A stretch of 64,000 bases of DNA. It comes from Bigelowiella natans CCMP2755 (Eukaryota; Protista; Cercozoa). Positions within the stretch are counted from its first letter, which is position 1; each line of letters begins with the position of its first letter. Location of the stretch: contig ADNK01002325.1 of assembly GCA_000320545.1 (NCBI GenBank), positions 62,001 through 126,000 of the forward strand, read 5' to 3'. The position numbers and the translations under genes were made by a program. The notes below the pieces were generated by a model. That model worked only from the letters and a program-made list of their open reading frames with translations, was not told the origin of the DNA and ran no database searches. Of the stretch, positions 12,980 to 27,168 are shown one piece after another.

Positions 12980-14455
12980 TTGTGTTTGCAGTAGTATGCT
13001 GGAGCTTACGTTTTGGACAGGTCGGAGCGAGGAGTAGGAGTAGGAGGAGGGCGTTTGTTATGATGACGTCTAGATATTGCAGATATAGCACCACCACCAC
13101 CAGATGTGGGATTGCTGCCGCTGCTGCTGCTGCTGCTGCCTTGATTGAGGCCACTGAAGCTCTCTTTGCGTTGCCTTTCGTATAGAAGTCGTCGCCCCAA
13201 GGAGCTGCCCTTATTCGTCATCGTTCCTGCCGTTGATGTTGTTGTTGTTGTAGTCTTCTTCTTCTTCTTTTTATTACCCCCCCCCCCACCACCAGCAGAA
13301 ACACTCCCATGACTACTTCCACCCGATGACAATAAGAAGTTGTTGCAACTGTTGTTGGCACCCCCACCTCCACCATCAGCACCCAACTTGCTCTTGCCCT
13401 TGATCGACGTTGAGGAGGAAGATGAGGAGGACGATGGGAGAGTAGGTCTGCTGTTATTGGCCAGAACATAACGCATGTGCAAGGACAGGTCGTTTCCGTG
13501 CCACTTGAATACGAATCGCTTGGTGCGCTTCAAGATCGATAGCACCCGCTGCGCGGCCCGGAAACATGCCAGGGATTTTGACTTCTGCAAGGTATTAGCG
13601 AGAAGATCATTCCGATGACCCAGCTTCCTGTAGTAGTGTTATGATTGATTAACAGCACATAGTAATAAGAATAGTAATGATCAGTAAATCATGAAAGCAC
13701 CATGATTTCATCATCATCATCATCATCAATAACATCATTGATATCACTACTACTACTACTACTCCTCTTCCTCCTCCTCCTACTATTACGATTTATTACC
13801 TGTGGATTACCCCAAGCCATTGATGGCAATTGTACTGCCCTTCGAGGTGTTGGGCCTTGCGAAACTGCGACAGGGCGCGCTGATAGCAGCCACGTGCTTT
13901 AGCATAGCTCTCTGTCTTGACGAAGACGTAGCCTATGGCCGCCTGAGAGACCGCCTGACCTAATATACAGCTTGCAGATTTATAAAGACTATATGCCTCG
14001 ACGTATCGCTCTCGAGCCGCTACGATGTTTCGGGTGCGTTTTTGGGTCACAATGACCCCCAACATCTTCTGCAGATTTGCTTCTCCAAGCACGTCGCCTG
14101 TGTTCAAGGAAATAACGAGGAAGATTATGATGATGATGATGATGATGATGATGATATGAATCATGAATCGGTGATGATATATCGAAAGCGCGAGCCATAC
14201 CTGCTCTCTTCGCAGCCTTCAGTCCTTCTTCTGCAGCCCGTTTGCTGGCAGCAATTTGTCCATCAAGTAATAAGACACTAGAAAACGCACTTGCAAGCCG
14301 ACCGACAGGAGTTGTCGTATCGATCAGGAGGGGGGGCTTCATCATCGTCTTGTGAGAGGAAGAAGAAGAAGAAGAAGAAGAAGAAGATGATGATGAGAAG
14401 AAAAAGGACGAGGAAGACGAAGGAGGGGGTATCCTGCTGCTGCTGCTATTATTGT

Positions 14456-14487
<32 letters not shown>

Positions 14488-15863
14488 TGAGGCTGCTGTT
14501 GTTGCTGCTGCTGTGACAAGGAGCTCGATAAAGACGATGATGAGGTAGTAGCAGTAGTAGTAGTTGTTGATATGGTGGTAGTAGTAGTCGGGTAATTGCT
14601 GCTTATCTTCTCTTGTGCTGTTGCATCATCAAGTGCTACTACTTTTGTCGTAATAGGCAGTTTCTTCTTCCTCCTCCTCTTTTTCTCTTCCCTTCCTCTT
14701 TCAACCTCCTCCTCCTCCTTCTTCTCTTCCTTTTCACCATTATCATCTTCTTTGCTGCACTTGAGGCAATGCCACATATTCAGCTTGTAAAACTGTACTT
14801 TTGCGTAGACAGCAATTGACTCACGAGTCCCGCGCCCCATGTTGTGGAACAATCGATCTGCTACTTTTCCAAAGTACTTTTGGCAGCGGATTAGCAGCCA
14901 TTGCCGCAGGTTCGGGTTTCTTTGCACCAGCATCTGCGAGAACCTGACGACCGAAGAACGATACAACAATGATTGTATTATTACACAATGTCATCATAAC
15001 TGCTGCACTGTACTAAATGGCCAAATTCAATCATGAAGAGTACCTGCAAACAAAGGGGAACATGCTATAAACGTTCTGTCGTAGCCGCTGCTGCAGCCCC
15101 CTTTTCTTGTTGTTATTCTTTGGGAGGATCATGCCGAATCCTGATGTGCTTGTTCCCCCCCCCCCTCCTATTGTCTTAGCTGGACGAGTGCAGGTAACGA
15201 GGGAAGCTTTCAGCAGAATCTTAGAAGAGAGCAAAGAAAGGAGGATGTGTCAGCTTCATCACACACGCACACACTTATCTCCTCCTCCTCCTACTACTAC
15301 TACTACCTGAACATGCGTTTGCCAAGAGGCATTTCCCCATATACTCTCCAAATCACACGGCATTGCACCGCCGGGCAAAAACCCGAGCAAGCAGAAGAAC
15401 TCCTTCGTCTTCGGGCTCGTCTTAGCAACCTCATCGACGGAAACTTGCAAGCTGGCCTCGAGTATCTTGACGACGCTCTCCTCTTCCTCCTCTATACCTG
15501 CAAGTCCCTGCGAGCAGTAGCCAGGTGATACACCATCTTCCCCACCCTAACAACAACAACAACAACAACAACAGGAAGGAGAGATCATAAACGAAGAATA
15601 ATGTTCTTGATAAAGAAATAGATTTATGTGTTTGATCCTTCTCCTTACTCAGCATTACCATACCACTACTACTACTACTACTACTACTACCTGCGTTGTT
15701 GCTGTACGAGGAGAAGACTTCGATTGAAGCAGTGCCAGAACTTCCAACAGAGAGCGATCCTGCAGCAATGGAGCTGCAAGCGTGATAGCGTGGGGGTGAC
15801 CGTTGAGAAACTTCAAGATAGGGTGCTCAGACAGGTTTTTCAGCGTTGTGTCAGCACCTCCCA

Positions 15864-15897
<34 letters not shown>

Positions 15898-16357
15898 GGC
15901 TTCAGTGTTAGCCCCTCCCCCCTTTAAGCGATCGTTGCTGCCTTGTTCTCCTCCTCCTCCTCCTCCCCTTCCTAGTCCTTCTTGGAGCTCTTCCTTGTCG
16001 ATATCCCTTGGGCACCATTGCATGAATAGAATCGCTGCGTGCACAGGCTGCAACGGAGTCAGGGTGTAGACCTGGTAGTAGGTAGGTAGGTAGATAATAG
16101 AAGGGGGAGGAAGGAGAAGGAAGAAAAACAAGCCAATGAATAAGCAATAGAAGATCCATCTGCAGCAGCTGCTGCTGCACTTGATGATGGTCTCCTCCTC
16201 CTACTCTCTTCTACCTTTTCTGCACAATCAAGCAAGCCCTCACAATTTCCAAGGGCCTGACGAGACGCCACCAGTAGCTTCAGATCACGTGAAACGTCGA
16301 GAATACGACGAATCATAGCTCGGAACTCCCTACAAAAACAACTCGTTAGTTGCCAAC

Positions 16358-16397
<40 letters not shown>

Positions 16398-16634
16398 AAG
16401 GAGGGGGGGGGGGGGGGGGAGAACAAGCGACGACGACCTGGAGTCTCCATGCAATGGATCTTCAGCATTATCAAGAACAAGCAATACATCTCGCCCCCGT
16501 AGTTGGTCTAAAACTGATAGTAACAGGAGGAGGATGAACAAAAGGCAGCAGCAAGACTCGCATCATCATTTTCTCCTCTCCAGTGATGAAACATTTTATA
16601 AATTTTAGATCATCACCAGGAAAGCACTTACTAC

Positions 16635-16668
<34 letters not shown>

Positions 16669-19600
16669 AACCCCCTTTCAACGACCAAACACCTCCTTCT
16701 GCATGCACACAACACTACTTGCGATGGTGATATAATGATAAATACCTTTCTGCTCAGCTTCCTTCCCCTCTGCTGCCTTCTGGCAGTCGATATGCACGTT
16801 GTGTCTTGAGAGAATGAGCCTGAGCGCAGCTAGCACCGCAGCAGGGGTGCGACAGCCTCGCAGACTCACATAAAGTACCCCGTCCTAGTAAGATGTAAAC
16901 AGCAACGCAGAACAAATCTGATGTGATATGAACCATACATACATACATACGATTATCTCTATTTCCTCCTTCTCTCCCCCCTCGCCCCCTCTTATTATCC
17001 ACCAGACACCTTGTACAGTTGCCTAGGTAAAACGAAGTGTGCGACAGCCTTTGCCAGTGAGCTTTTCCCAATCCCTGGAGGGCCTCTTACTGTTACTAGC
17101 CGTTGGTGGGTTAAAAGCTGAATTGTAGTAGTAGTAGTAGCAGCAGCAGCAGCAAGTGAGATGATGATGATGATGATGATGATGATAATGATGAGCGATA
17201 CAACAACACCGATTGGGCTATCAAAGGGGCATAGTTTTGGCAGAAGACAAACATATTGAAATTTGGGAATGTACTACTACTACTACTACTACTACTACTG
17301 CATACAGAGAGAGGGGGACAAGGATGGTGCTAACGATGATAATCTTGACAAACACAAACAATGCTTGCTTCACACGCACAAAACGCAGGCAGCTCACCGT
17401 CCTGTAACTGTACGGTTCTATATAATATTCGCTCATCACCTGTATGACGTGATAGAGCTCCTTCTCCCTCCCAATAAAAAAGCTCGTGGGAGGGGGCAGC
17501 AGCGCGAAAGATGGGATCGGCGTCGCATCTCGCCAGGAACCCTCCGTGTAGTTGGAAAACAGCGGGATGGAAGAGGAGGAGGAGGATGAGGAGGAGGAAG
17601 CTGAAGAAGAGCCTGAGAGCCTTCTGGAACGAATGTGAGCCGACACCATGTCCATACTGCTGTCATCAACACTACCATTACTACTACTAGTACTAGTAGC
17701 AGCTGCTTTGCAGTTCTGATCACACTCTACACAGGAATTGACATCTTCCCTCATCCCCACCAGAGCACTCTTGTTTCTTTTCATAGTCATCGTCTTGTTG
17801 TTCTGAGTAAGCAGGACAAATTTATCACTTTCGATCTCCGCATTGGGGACTGTCGCAGCGGCTTTGACTCGTGAGCGACCGATACGGAATGCTTCCGACA
17901 CCGTGTGCCCTGTGAATAAGGAGTGATAGAAGGCCCTTGAAAAAGCTATCGATGACTCGTCCATGATTCTCTCCGACCGCTTGACACACACAGCAAACTT
18001 AACCCCAGCAGAAATGAAGGCTTGGCCGATCAGACGTGAGTGACAGGATGCGACAAATACCAGCTCTAATGAATGCTGGTTAGAGGCCTGTTTGCAAGGT
18101 TGTTGCAGTAGTTTTGTTCAGATATTGACCAAGGGGCATTCTCATTGAAGCTGGTAGTTATCATGTGCATGTGGTGCTCTCTTTTCGTCGTTGATCTGAT
18201 GTGAGACATGACTAACAAACCTGGACGATTTCGTAGAGAGTGGGCACATTCAGCAAATGAGCGCAGCCAGAGCCATTTTCAAATACGAGGTAGTCGTTGC
18301 TCTTTCCGTCGGTTAAGCCGTGGCCGGAAAAGTGTAGTATCCTTGCGCCATTGCTGATTATCACCCTGAGCATATCGGTGGTGGGGGGAACGTATCTAAC
18401 CGTGATACAACGGGCAGCTTCTCCCAGTGAGTCCGCCAGGAACTTTCGCTCAGATTCGTGGTCTAGACGGTCATGCAGGGGGATCGGTTGGCCTGAATCA
18501 CGTAGAAGGGTAAAATGTGTATGGAGAAGGCGGAGGGACAATATTTGATAGGCATTGTTTGTTGTCTATCTACGTATATAGTGGCCTGCTTGTGGCTTAG
18601 CGCTCTATTTTAAGTACTTTTTTTTTTCCTTAATATTTGTCGCAGTCATCGTGCTCTCATCATCTTCCCCTCCCGATTCGTTCTTGTTATTACTAATCAT
18701 TGTAGAGAACCTTTTTCGTTGTAGATGACCAGTGGATTTGACAGCATCACTGCCATATCTACAAGGACTCCTGACGAGGGGCGATGAGAAGGAGTACTCA
18801 TGCTCATCGTACCGTAGTTCCATCTTGCAGATGTGGTGGTTGCAGGGCTATGAGGTGTTAGCGGCGGGGTTGAGAGGGGTGTTTGTCTACTGGACGAGAA
18901 AGATTGGTTTAGAGGTGTAGCTGTAGCGATTGAAGAGAGACTATCGGATGATGATCTGGAGAATGATCCCTCTGAAGAAGAGGAAAGAGACCGGCCGAGC
19001 TATTTATTTTGATATGATGTTAAGGAATTGAGAGGGGGGTTTACAATGGGAAGAAACAATGTGCAATTCTGTATGCATGGCATTTTATGATTTTAGCTTC
19101 ATGTTTTCGGGTTATTTGTGATCTAACCTTCTGGAGGAGTTTGGATGCTCTTTGAGACAAGTTACGGACCTTTATTGTTGTTGGGAGGGTATGAAAGTTG
19201 GTGGATGGAAAGAATTATTCTCCCTCAGAATAAATATTGTTAAAAGAAGCAACACGTCTGGAAATACCTTGACAGTACTTTGGTTTCGCCTCTTGAAGGG
19301 TGCTGCTGCATGGTTGTTAGTAGGGTTTGCGATGATGTCTCCAATAGAGGCTAGTTCATGTAAGATTTCATAGGCCTCATCGCACAGCTTACCCTGAAGC
19401 AGGTAATGATGACAATGATGAAGATGATGATGATGATGAGCCACAAGTTTGACTTGGTACATAAGAACGTTTAGCAGAACCTGCATATTGGCCATTGATT
19501 CTCGAGGAGTATTGCCGATCATTTTTAGTGAATGAGCGATTCTAAATCACACATAAACATGAATTTCCCGCTATTATCATTCACGGTAGATACACTGCAC

Positions 19601-20238
19601 CTTGGCGTGACTTCGCCATATCCAGTTCGTCCTCTCTGCAGATTCTTACCCTCTGCCTTCCTCCAATTCGTGGTGTCCGGCTTCCCACCCTGCCCGTTGG
19701 ACGGCATTCGCAAGGCCTGGAAAGTGGAAATCGTTCAGACTTAAGAGCCTTTTCTGGAGTGATTTATGTGTAAAATAGAGGGCTAATTATGCCTTGCGAC
19801 TTCATTATCGGACCTTCTGGACAAATTGTACAATGCTTTTTGATATGGTCCTCCGGTTTTGCCCTAGCTGAGAATTATCCTGTTTTCCTTAGATATTCTT
19901 AGCACGTTTGATGCTAGATCAACCAGCAAGCACCTTCGCGCCAAATTCTATCCGTTACTGATCCTATCCACATATTCTGTAGCTCGGTCGGAAGAACATC
20001 CTGAAAAATTAGCTTCTTTTTAATGGAGTCTTTTGTACAAATCCAGAGACGTTTTCTGCCCGCAGGCATTTTTCCTGGAACTTTCTTACACAGGTAACGA
20101 AGCAAATCGAAATTCGTACTTCTCACTATCAGAGCAGCACAAGCAGGAAAGAATGCCGGGTTTTGTACCGATATCCATGGATATTAACCGGGATTACATG
20201 TACACACCGTGCAGAGGATGAAACCGACACCGGTCCAT
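10753..20238 (-). CDS. CHAT (caspase-like, clan CD) protease - STAND/NB-ARC-like NTPase - TPR-like protein with long low-complexity C-terminus (many exons)
   Basis: CHAT: DRLDHESERKFLADSL, ILHFSGHG (18317-18334), LVFE, LVFVASCHSRLIGQAFISAGV (Cys 18043-18045), AFSRAFYHSLFTGHTVSEAF. NTPase: FIGREKEL, LVTVRGPPGIGKSSLA (Walker A 17061-17084), LLVLDNAE, LLVASR, LNGHPHAITLAA. TPR-like: GDVLGEANLQKMLG, LGQAVSQAAIG, ARGCYQRALSQF, EGQYNCHQWLG. Start and stop are inferred by phase-consistent splicing. Confidence 0.85.
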
Positions 20239-20532
20239 CACTACTCCGGCCGTTTCATGCCATTGATACACGAGTCTTGAAACGTTGGTCACTGACACTA
20301 CAGGCCTGTAGATCTATCATAAAATAGTCAGTGTGAGTAGATCTATTCTCCTTTCACATCTGGATGTACGAGTAGACTGCATGGGTTGGAGACTCTGTGA
20401 TGTTAATCTATCACGATACAGATGCGGAGTGGTGGCCAAAACCGCTCCTCGACCTCTAGGCGAGATACAAGCAACACGTTGCGCAACTAGTTAGGAGGTG
20501 TCCATTTCCTTGTGGATAAAGGAAAGAACAGG

Positions 20533-20887
20533 ATGAATTCTTTCACCATGCTGAGGACCGTTGCACTAGCAATTCACGGTAAATATAACTGATTTGATGA
20601 TAGGTAGGAGAGATTTTTGTGAAGTTAAATCAAATTTAAAATACCATGGCAGCATTAATGTGAGAATGTGATATTACCTAGCTGGCTTGGGCATCGCCGT
20701 CGTGGTGTGTGTTGTTTTGAAGCTCAATCGGAAAGACTCATATTTCATCTCGCTGAGAAATCTACTCTGGCTAAATGTGAGTGGAGATCATATGTAATAG
20801 TAGTAGTGGTAGTAGTGGTAGCGATGACATAGGAAGACATATCGTGCCTTTCAAACACGCAAGATTTCACACGCATTACGCACTCAT

Positions 20888-20927
<40 letters not shown>

Positions 20928-21553
20928 AGGGACAACATACACGAATAATGGATAAAAATATATATATGTGTGATGCTCTTGGGTTCAGATTACGTATGTC
21001 ATAACGTTGTACTTCATGCCAACGATCGCTATCATTAAGATTTACCTTCCTGAATTAAGGTAAGGTTAACACTTTCGAAGTCAAAATGAAAATCGTTTCC
21101 TACGACTTTTCACCTCTTAAAAATTAAAAATTTAAGCACTTCTTCCTTTCTTCAGTGTGCCCTGTCTATCCCACATGCTCCTTTTTCATCTCGGAACAAG
21201 TGCAGCCATGGCAATCATCTTCTACAAGTAAGTCCCAAGAGAAAAGATAGAAAAGGAGGCGTTCTATCGACGGCATTCACACATCATCGTCTTTACTTGC
21301 TGAGATCCAAATAGCGGTTTCCTACCACTCTGCTGATGTTTCATTTAGTATCTTGCGGCTTACGAAAAAGTTTCTTTACTTAACAAGGGTAATTGATAGC
21401 GAGCAATGCTATAAAAGCAAAAAGCGTGGACTTAATCATCTCAAAGTAAATTCAATAGAACTTGATGATAACGTATAAAAACAAAGGTTTACGAAATAAG
21501 GGATGCCATAATGCTAAATAAAGGGCGATCTGGGCACCGAAGTAGGAACACAC

Positions 21554-21585
<32 letters not shown>

Positions 21586-21645
21586 TCTTTAAGATATCCC
21601 AAAAACATAGAGGAATCACAACACATCTGTGGAATCCCCAAACAC

Positions 21646-21681
<36 letters not shown>

Positions 21682-21735
21682 ATACACACACCATAAAAAA
21701 TATAATACGGGTATCACGTGTGAGTTAATGCTTGA

Positions 21736-21773
<38 letters not shown>

Positions 21774-23563
21774 CACTTTAAACCTGACTGTCAGATTCTA
21801 CCCTCGAGATGATTTCGTCACCCACTATCATGAACGCCCGCTTGGGTGAGCTGAAAACAGAAGAAACTTTGAAACTGCAAGACAAACTGGAAGGCGCTCG
21901 TATAAAGTCAAGAACCGCCATTCTTTGTCTGCTAAATATCTGCTTATTTTTCTGTGATCCGGCGAATCTCTCCCATTTCACCAGCATATCCAGCGATGAC
22001 GACGACAGCAGCACATGTTCCAGTAGGAGCGTGTTGTTTCCTTTCTTCATATGCTATGTGTGGATGTTCTGGTACTGGAGGAATTTCTCCTCAGCGTTCA
22101 GTAGGGACTTTTTCTTCATCCAACTGAGTCTAAGGATTGTATCAGTTGTGACAACACTCGCAGTAGCAGTCCTTTGTGTGTGTCAGTTTAAGTACCTTGG
22201 TAGTAACTATAACCTCTTGGCCTCAATCTGTATAACGGATATGCTCCTAGTTGCTGTGCTGATAACGGACTTCATCCAACCGATTTCCATTGCCGTTTCT
22301 CATTCCAAAGTTAAGCGCCGCCAGGACTCCATCGACATGCCGACGTTGTTCCACATAATGTGCTTAGCCCCGTTGCTTAAATCATTCGAAGAGCACCTCT
22401 GGAAGGAATGGTCCGCCGAAAACATCTACTTTTATAGAGATTGCGTTTTCATTCAGGCGAAGTTCTACCACGAGAATGCTCAGCTCGATCAGCTCGAGAA
22501 AGATATAAGGACGCTTGCAGCGCAATATGTTGGTGAGAAGGCTACCACTCCAGTCAATCTTGGCTTCAGCTTCAATCGAAAGTTCAAGAAGATCCTGGGG
22601 CAGTTAGATGAGAGGAAGTTTAAGAAAAATATGCAAATAGAGTTTGAAAAGGATTTACCTGGCTACAAATATTTCGTCGGATTTGGTCTCTATCCTGGTG
22701 GCAGAAGACGGAGAAACAATCCATCGGTTGTCCAGGGAAGTATGGTAGGTTTATCTCCTGAAAGCGGAACCGATCTAAAAACGACGGCAAGAAGGCTGCA
22801 ATTTAAGCGGAGAAATGAGGCTTTTGAGGCTTTTGGGTTGGGTAAGAAGCCGGTATCGTACTGGTACTCTTCGTTCCAGAGGGCGTTAATGCTTCTCACA
22901 GAGCTGGAAAAGAGACCGACACAGCTCCCCCCTAACGTTACTCAGATTCTGCATCTCATTGAGCAGGCAAAGAGAGAGTGCTACAATCTGATGACCCGAG
23001 ACGCCTTACTGCGGTTCCTTAACAGAAAGGATATACAGAAACTAGAAAGAGAGGAACAGGCTTTTTACGCTTCTATCTCACCCGGCCACCCATCATTCAA
23101 AAGGAAGAACAGTGATGCAACGACACTAAGAGTACAGAATCTATTGGGGCAGAATACAAACAAATCTCTTGAGATGAAGTTATCAAATAGAAGGGACCTT
23201 CACAGCTCAAATTCTAGCAAAACTTTTCAGACTTCTCCTGAGAATATAGTATCAAAGAGCGAAAAGTTGAAGACCGCTACGAAAGGTTCGGATTTGAAGA
23301 GAAATTCTGTTGGAAAAGGAATCATAAGTTCTGGGTTTATTTCCTCCGTCCACGATGGGCAGAACACTGTCATTTCGATGAATCGAGCAGGTTTTGATCC
23401 AGGGAAATCACGTTTTCAGCCTATTTCTTCAATGTGTGTCTCCACTCGCAGTAATGAATTAGTTCCGATTAATGCCTCTCAAATGAGTATGGCAACGCCC
23501 GATTCCAAGAAAAACAAGTTGATACAGACCACATCTAACACGGGTCAAACATTTCATACATAG
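20533..23563 (+). CDS. Multi-pass membrane RGS protein (7TM-RGS-like)
   Basis: Short 5' exons encode hydrophobic helices ([55 protein letters not shown]). The last exon adds 4 further TM segments, then an RGS domain: [49 protein letters not shown]. Confidence 0.8.
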
Positions 23564-24021
23564 CTAACTCCGTGATGTCGCCGAATCTGATGATTGGGTA
23601 TTGGCCTCGTTGACGATAAGTTTTGAAACATCGAAAATCGATGTGCGGACTCTGAATAGTCCATGCATCATCTTCAGACAAGCAATTTTAAAGTTGAAAC
23701 AAAAGGATATCATCAATGCATGTCATGGGAAATGACAATGCGTGCATGCATCAGCAAGTAGCACAGAGCCATAGCTGTCACATGAATGCATAATACAGCT
23801 CACTACTTGTGGGGTGTGTCATCTTGTAAGAGAGAGGGAGGGAGGGGGGGCGGGGGATGCGCAACCAGTGCGGTGCGCGGCGCCGTATAACTAGGAAACA
23901 CAACGCTCAGCAAATTGTACACGCACTAACACGGCCGACAATGTGCGAGCATCATCCTAGCATATGTTACATACATGCAGGCTCGTCACATGCTGAATGA
24001 TCGCAGCTGCTATGCACCACA

Positions 24022-24353
24022 CTAGCACATGCTGCACATCATCCTGGTAGACCACGCATGCGCACGTACGACATACCTGCTCACACATGCTGTGTACGAA
24101 ACCCAGCGTATCGTAGTTTCTTTGCTTTCTGCCCATGGATATGCATAAGTGGTGTTCTGTTGGCATAGGTATGTTAGCTTAGATGCTCTGCTTAATGAAA
24201 ACCGCAGAATCATCCAGCTACAAGGAAGCGACCCATGCATACAAATGTATATTGACTCATGCATTTGGTCATCCTCATAAAACATATCGTCAATCTTCGT
24301 TCCTTGAGGAAAGCCCACTAACCGTTTGTCTTTTAGCTGCAAGATACTATACC

Positions 24354-24390
<37 letters not shown>

Positions 24391-27127
24391 AAATATATAT
24401 ATATATATATTTTTTTTTTTATTTTGTTTTTCTCTCTATGTCCTCATCATCGTCATCATCATATCGTACATCCTCGCTGAAGTAAACGTACTGACCCTCT
24501 TTATCTGTTTTTCCAGCAGGATGGCGACCGTTGTGTTTGGTTTCGTGATTATTATTACTAGTGCCGTGCATTAGCACAACTTCATGAACGGAAGGAGCTA
24601 ATTCAATATCCCTCCTCCTCCTTTCGCCCTTGTAGCTGATGCTGCTATCCCCCCCCAGTGATCGAGCATTTGAGTATGAGCTTCCTCCTCGTCGTCCTCC
24701 ATTACCCTCATAGCCAATTTGGATTCTAGGAGTGTAGCTCTTTCTCTCTATAGCAGCAAGTCTCCCCACATCGGGAGAGTGAAAGGATGATGACGGTATA
24801 GTAGTACTTGTTCCTATGGAAACTGCATCACCCCCCACCCCTCCCCTCTCTTTGGATTTATCGTTCTTCAAGGAAACTATGTCAGAAGGTTTGGCTGATT
24901 GATGGAAATGCTTACTACCATGAGGAGGAAGAGGAGGGGGAGGAGGGGGAGGAGGGAGGGGATGCAGATCGGGAGAGATTTGAGAGACAACAGCACGTGA
25001 AGATGGGCCATTATTCTCCTCCAATCTTAATGTATGATCAAACTTGTTATCATCAATGATATCATCGTCGTCGCCATCGATGATATCGCTATCTATGTGC
25101 TGCAGCTGCTGATTATGATGATGAGCAGGAGGAGAAGGAGGAGGAGGAGGATTCTGTGGAGATGTCGTTTGAATATCATCACCATCAATACGCAGCAGCA
25201 CTGGAATACTACTATCTTGGAGGATACCGTGAGGAAGCCATCTTACGTTCTCATCCATGCCATTCTTGATTCCAGTAGCTCCATTATTTTTCTTATCATT
25301 ACAACTTCGAAAGAGGAGGGGTACAAAGCATATCCGCACTTGCTGATACTTGAGAAAAGCGTCTCGAAGCCATCTCTGAATCGCTCTATCATTGTCAACG
25401 TCGTGCTCGTTGATAGCGACAATCTTCCATCCGACAGAAACGCCCTTCCGTTCTGCATTTGATCCCTTCTGGACCACAGTCACCAGAGAGTTGAAGAAGT
25501 AAAAACCGATCTTCGGCGTCGTGAATGTTACCACGATCTCGTCATTAGTTTTATGATGGTTGATCTTCCTCTTCTTCTTCTGTTTTATCGTACGTCCGTC
25601 ACTGTGGTGATTACCATCATCTTCAGGCCACGAGCAGCACCAGTAGCAGTGCCGCCACCACCATTGAGAATTGCTGTTTAGTCCTCCCCCCCCCCCCTCT
25701 TTGCTTCCGAAGGGAAGGAATAATGAGGCTGCCAGTATCAAGCAGCAAATGAGCCTGATGATCAAGTCGAAGAACCATGCGAGTAGTATCACCCAGACTA
25801 TTGTCCTGTTGTCTATCCTATGCCTTTGCTTCGCAATGAAGGATGACGACGACGATGATGATGATGATGAAAAGTAGACCATGCAAACGCAAGAAACAAT
25901 AACTACGCACATGCACACTGCCACTGAAAGAGCATCACTGAGCGTGAACTGCCTGTTATTTTTTGCCGTCTTAGCAAGTCCACAGCACACTAATTGCTCG
26001 TTTCTTGGAGACGTGGTCATGTGTTGATTTCTTTGATATCGTGGTGGTGATGACGATGCTGTTACTGACGACGTCACTGTTGTGCTCTTCCTCCTCCTCG
26101 TTGTTCTTGGAAGACTACTTCTCCTCCTACTAGATGATGATATTGTTTCTTCATCATCGATGTCTGCTACTCGCTCTGTTTCCGTTCCAACCACCAGATT
26201 CCTCCTCTTTCTACTGTCATCAGGATGATCATGATGATCATGACGATGATGATGTTGCATCATCGTTTCCATATCATCACCCTCCTCCTCCTCCTCCTTC
26301 TTCTTCTTCTTCTTCTTCTGATGTGGCCGCTGTTGCCTTGCCGCAGTTGTATTAAAATAATCATCGTCCTCATCGTCATCATCATCATCATCATTATCAT
26401 TATCATTGTCACCAGTAGCAGCAGCCGCAGTAGTAGCAGCGGTAGCAGTATCATCATCATCATCATTATCCTGACAGCTACTACTCCTATTGGTGGTGCT
26501 AGTATGATCTGAACATGAGTCGTGCCCAGCACCATTCTTATTCCTTATACTACTACTACACTTGACATCAGCAGCTTTATTAGCTCTCTCTCCTCCTCCT
26601 CCTCCTCCTCCTCCTCCTCCTCCTCCTTCTCTTCTATTATCAACGCTATGCTTGGTTTCATTATCACTGCGGCGGTAGTGCTTCTCCTCTTCCTCCTCTT
26701 CCTCATCCTCCTCCTCATCCTCCTCGATCATCCTTCTGGCGATTACTCTATCAGCACTGAATCCCCTTCCATTCCCCCCGCTTTCATCGGACAAAGCGCG
26801 TCGCTGCACGATGCGTCCTATTCTCGCATCATCAGGGTGTAATGATGATTGGGACCGACGGTCTTTGTGCTGGCTGTTGGTTCTGTTGCGCTGATGATGC
26901 TGCTGCTGCTGGTGATGGTAATGGTGTTGATGATGATGATGTCCTCGTAGACCGCTGGTGTTTTTGATGGTAGTAGTAGAGCTTCTCTTTACGGAAAAAG
27001 CGGCGTTTGAGTGGCTGATACGAGTGTTAGGGTCCTTCGAAGAGGAGGAGAACCTTTTGATAATATCACGTAGTTTGGGTTGTATATTGGAGACCAATTG
27101 ATAGAAGAGATAAAGAGAGAGAGAGAT

Positions 27128-27168
<41 letters not shown>

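Noticed and set aside
10881-16180. Many poly-Leu/Val/Tyr/Ile ORFs in the six-frame track (also 24800-26850 and 61400-63950)
   Set aside because: They are antisense or off-frame shadows of trinucleotide repeats inside real genes.
19990-20100. Possible in-frame TGA (selenocysteine) created by splicing in the CHAT gene 5' region
   Set aside because: Reading 19934-20125 as one uninterrupted exon gives a stop-free, phase-consistent model, so no recoding is needed.
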